A DNA stretch of 63,249 nt, the filler included, from Phoronis australis (taxonomy: Eukaryota > Animalia > Phoronida): NCBI GenBank assembly GCA_002633005.1. It is 7 parts of 7 records of this genome, joined end to end, with 100 filler letters (N's around TTAATTAATTAA, not from the genome) between each part and the next. Parts side by side here need not be neighbours in the genome. Positions count along the whole stretch, not along the records: positions 60,461 to 63,249 come from NMRA01001121.1; 6 more parts are not named here. One strand, given 5' to 3'. Under the pieces are notes generated by a model. It ran no database searches. It saw nothing but the letters and a program-made list of their open reading frames with translations, and was not told the DNA's origin. This document shows positions 60,461 through 63,249 of this stretch, piece after piece. Position 1 is the first letter of the stretch. Each line of letters begins with the position of its first letter. The translations under genes and the position numbers were made by a program.

Positions 60461-63249
60461 AATCCAAAGTTTCAGGTCATTTAGTGCAAACATGGGGTCA
60501 TTAGGTGCATTTTTCTTCTGAAAATTTGACCTTTTCAATCAGCAAGTATTCTGATGTGTCAACCGTTAGACAACTGTGATTCTCAGCGTTAAACACATTT
60601 TCCATGGGCTTTGCAATAATTCTCCTAAAGATGCTTAAAATGCACCGGATAAGGTCAATTAGTGCAAAGGTCATGTAACGTTCAAAATGTTATATCTCAT
60701 ACGTTTTTCAAGGAATTCTTTTCAATTTCAGCACACTGGTGTAAGTCAACATGCCAATTATATACCCTACTTTACTTCCCAAAAGGACTAACCAATCAGA
60801 AAAAATAGGTCAAAGGTCATTGAGTGCAAACTAAAATTTTGAGCTAGAAACTTCAGAATTACGTATCTGTTTACTAAGTGCGATTGAGTATGAATTCTAA
60901 ATTTTCAGGTCATTTGGTGCACCCATGGGGTCATTAGGTGCATTTTTCTTATGAAAGTTTCAACACTTCATTCATCTTGTATTCTGAAGTGCTTAAAATA
61001 AAACATCTGTGATTATTAGCATTAACCACACTTTGAATCGTGTTAACAATTAATCCCTCATCGGGGCTCATAATGCACCGGAAGAGGTCAATAAGTGGAA
61101 AGGTCATCAAAAATTAATATATGTAATTTCTCCTACAATTTTAAAGAATTCCTTTTCATATTGGTAAACGGGTTGCTGTCGGTAACTTCCCATAATAATT
61201 CCAGTAATACGCACGCGCAGAGTCCGTTATTGTCAGGCCGTGACAATAATCATTCCAGTTCTTCTTATTACTCTGCGCGTGTAAGCGCAGAGTACTGTTG
61301 TTCCTGGGTTTTCTTCAATTTTATTCTTATTCTTATTCTTCTAAATCTTATTGTTCTTATTCTTCTTATTCTTCTTCCGACCAAATTTGAGGCTTAATAA
61401 CTCCAAATTGGGTGCAGGTACGGTCTTTAAATTCAGCATGTAACTTTTGACAGTATATAAATTTTGATTGGTTATATAATCATATTCCATATTGCACCGG
61501 AAGAGGTCGTTTGGTGCAAAGGTCATATAATTTTCAAAATGCTACTCCTCCTTCAGTTTTAAAGCTATCTTTTTCAAATTCGGTGCACAGGTATAAGTCA
61601 ACATGACAATTTAAAAAATGACTTTTCTAAGTAATCGGGTCATCCAATCGTGTGAAATAAGTCAAACGTCATCAGGTGCAAACTAAAATTTTGAGCTAGA
61701 CCCTTCAAATTGACAGGTCTGATTGCCACAGGTAAATCAAATTCGAATACAAAGTTGCAGGTCATTTAGTGCAAACATGGGGTTATTAGGTGCATTTTTC
61801 TTCTGAAAATTTGACCTTTTCAATCAGCAAGTATTCTGATGTGTCAACCGTTAGACAACTGTGATTCTCAGCGTTAAATACATTTTCCATGGGCTTTGCA
61901 ATAATTCTCCTAAAGATGCTTAAAATGCACCGGATAAGGTCAATTAGTGCAAAGGTCATCTAACGTTCAAAATCTTATATCTTACGTTTTTCAAGGAATT
62001 CTTTTCAATTTCAGCACACTAGTGAAAGTCAACATGCCAATTGAACAACCTACTTAACTACGCAATAGGCCTAACCAATCAGAAAAAATAGGTCAAAGGT
62101 CATTTAGTGCAAAATTAAAATTTTGAGCTATAGACTTCAAAATTACATATTTGTTTACTAAGTGCCATTGAGTTTGAATTCTAAATTTTAAGGTCATTTG
62201 GTGCACCCATGGGGTCATTAGGTGCATTTTTCTTCTGAAAGTTTGACCACTTCATTCATCTTGTGTTCTGAATTGATTAAAGTAAAACATCTGTCATTAT
62301 TAGCATTAACCACTCCTTTAATCGAGTTAACAATTACTCCCTCATCGGGGTTCATAATGCACCAGAAGAGGTCAATTAGTGGAAATGTCATCAAAAATTA
62401 ATATGTAATTTCTCCTACAATTTTAAAGAATTCATTTTCATATTGGTAAACGGGTTGCTGTCAGTAACTTCAGATAATAATTCCAGTATTACGCACGCGC
62501 AGAGTCCGTTATTGTCACGCCCTGACAATAATCTTTCTAGTTCTTCTTATTCTTCTTCCGACCAACTTTGAGGATTAATAACTCCAAATTGGGAGCAGGT
62601 ACGGTCTGTAAATTCAGCATATGACTTTTGACAGGATATAAATTTTGATTGCTTATATAATCATATTCCATATTGCACTGGAAGAGGTCGTTTAGCGCAA
62701 AGGTCATATAATTTTCAAAATGCTACTCCTCCTTCAGTTTTAAAGCTATCTTTTTCAAAGTTGGGGCACAGGTATAAGTCAACATGACAATTTAAAAATT
62801 ACTTTTCTAGGAAATCGGGTCATCCAATCAGGTGAAATAGGTCAAAGGTCATTAGGTGCAAACTAAAATTTTGAGCTAGACACTTCAAATTGACAGGTCT
62901 GATTGCCACAGGTAAATCAAATCGGAATTCAAAGTTTCAGGCCATTTAGTGCAAACATGGGGTCATTAGGTGCATTTTTCTTCTAAAAATTTGACCTTTT
63001 CAATCAGCAAGTATTCTGATGTGTCAACTGTTAGACAACTGTGGTTCTCAGCGTTAAACACATTTTCCATTGGCTTTGCAATAATTCTCCTAAAGATGCT
63101 TAAAATGCACCGGATAAGGTCAATTAGTGCAAAGGTCATGTAACGTTCAAAATGTTATATCTCTTACGTTTTTCAAGGAATTCTTTTCAATTTCAGCACA
63201 CTGGTGTAAGTCAACATGCCAATTAAATACCCTACTTTACTTCACAATA
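60461..63249 (+). repeat. Tandem array of ~1.2-1.3-kb Helitron-like units with internal sub-repeats
   Basis: CAGGTCATTTAGTGCAAACATGGGG-type landmark at ~60473, ~61758 and ~62938; hairpin plus CCAG/CTAG at 61227-61258 and 62509-62540, each followed by a TTC/TTA microsatellite. Confidence 0.85.

Overview
AT-rich, intron-containing animal DNA, probably an invertebrate; no prokaryotic features, rRNA or CRISPR. The window is not one contiguous locus. Six identical 100-nt spacers (44 N + TTAATTAATTAA + 44 N) join seven pieces (1-9092, 9193-28221, 28322-31760, 31861-37309, 37410-57136, 57237-60360, 60461-63249), and several single-N junctions carry duplicated flanks typical of scaffolding overlaps. 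Two partial host genes can be spliced by eye, both on the minus strand: the 3' end of a single-pass EGF-domain membrane protein (4 good exons plus 1 tentative, 26568 to 13081) and three exons of a TRPA1-like channel (33557 to 31861). Most other recognisable sequence is transposon-derived: a full-length but decayed Ty3/Gypsy element (177-bp LTRs, AAAGC TSD, tRNA-Leu-like PBS), a second partial copy, another Gypsy pol fragment, a solo LTR, two CR1/L2-type LINE fragments, an Academ-like 3' end, a Kolobok-like THAP element, Helitron/Helentron-like repeat elements, TA-flanked CCGTA MITEs, hAT-like MITEs and a tRNA-derived SINE head. The most unusual observations are a Kolobok-like element whose two ~305-bp inverted arms each carry a promoter-like motif and the start of a THAP gene, a Helentron-like element with a periodic array of CTCF-like motifs, a hAT-like MITE with a Pol III A/B-box cassette, and a head-to-tail Helitron-like array. 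I do not see evidence sufficient to claim a new biological system. All family assignments come from motif recognition, not database searches.
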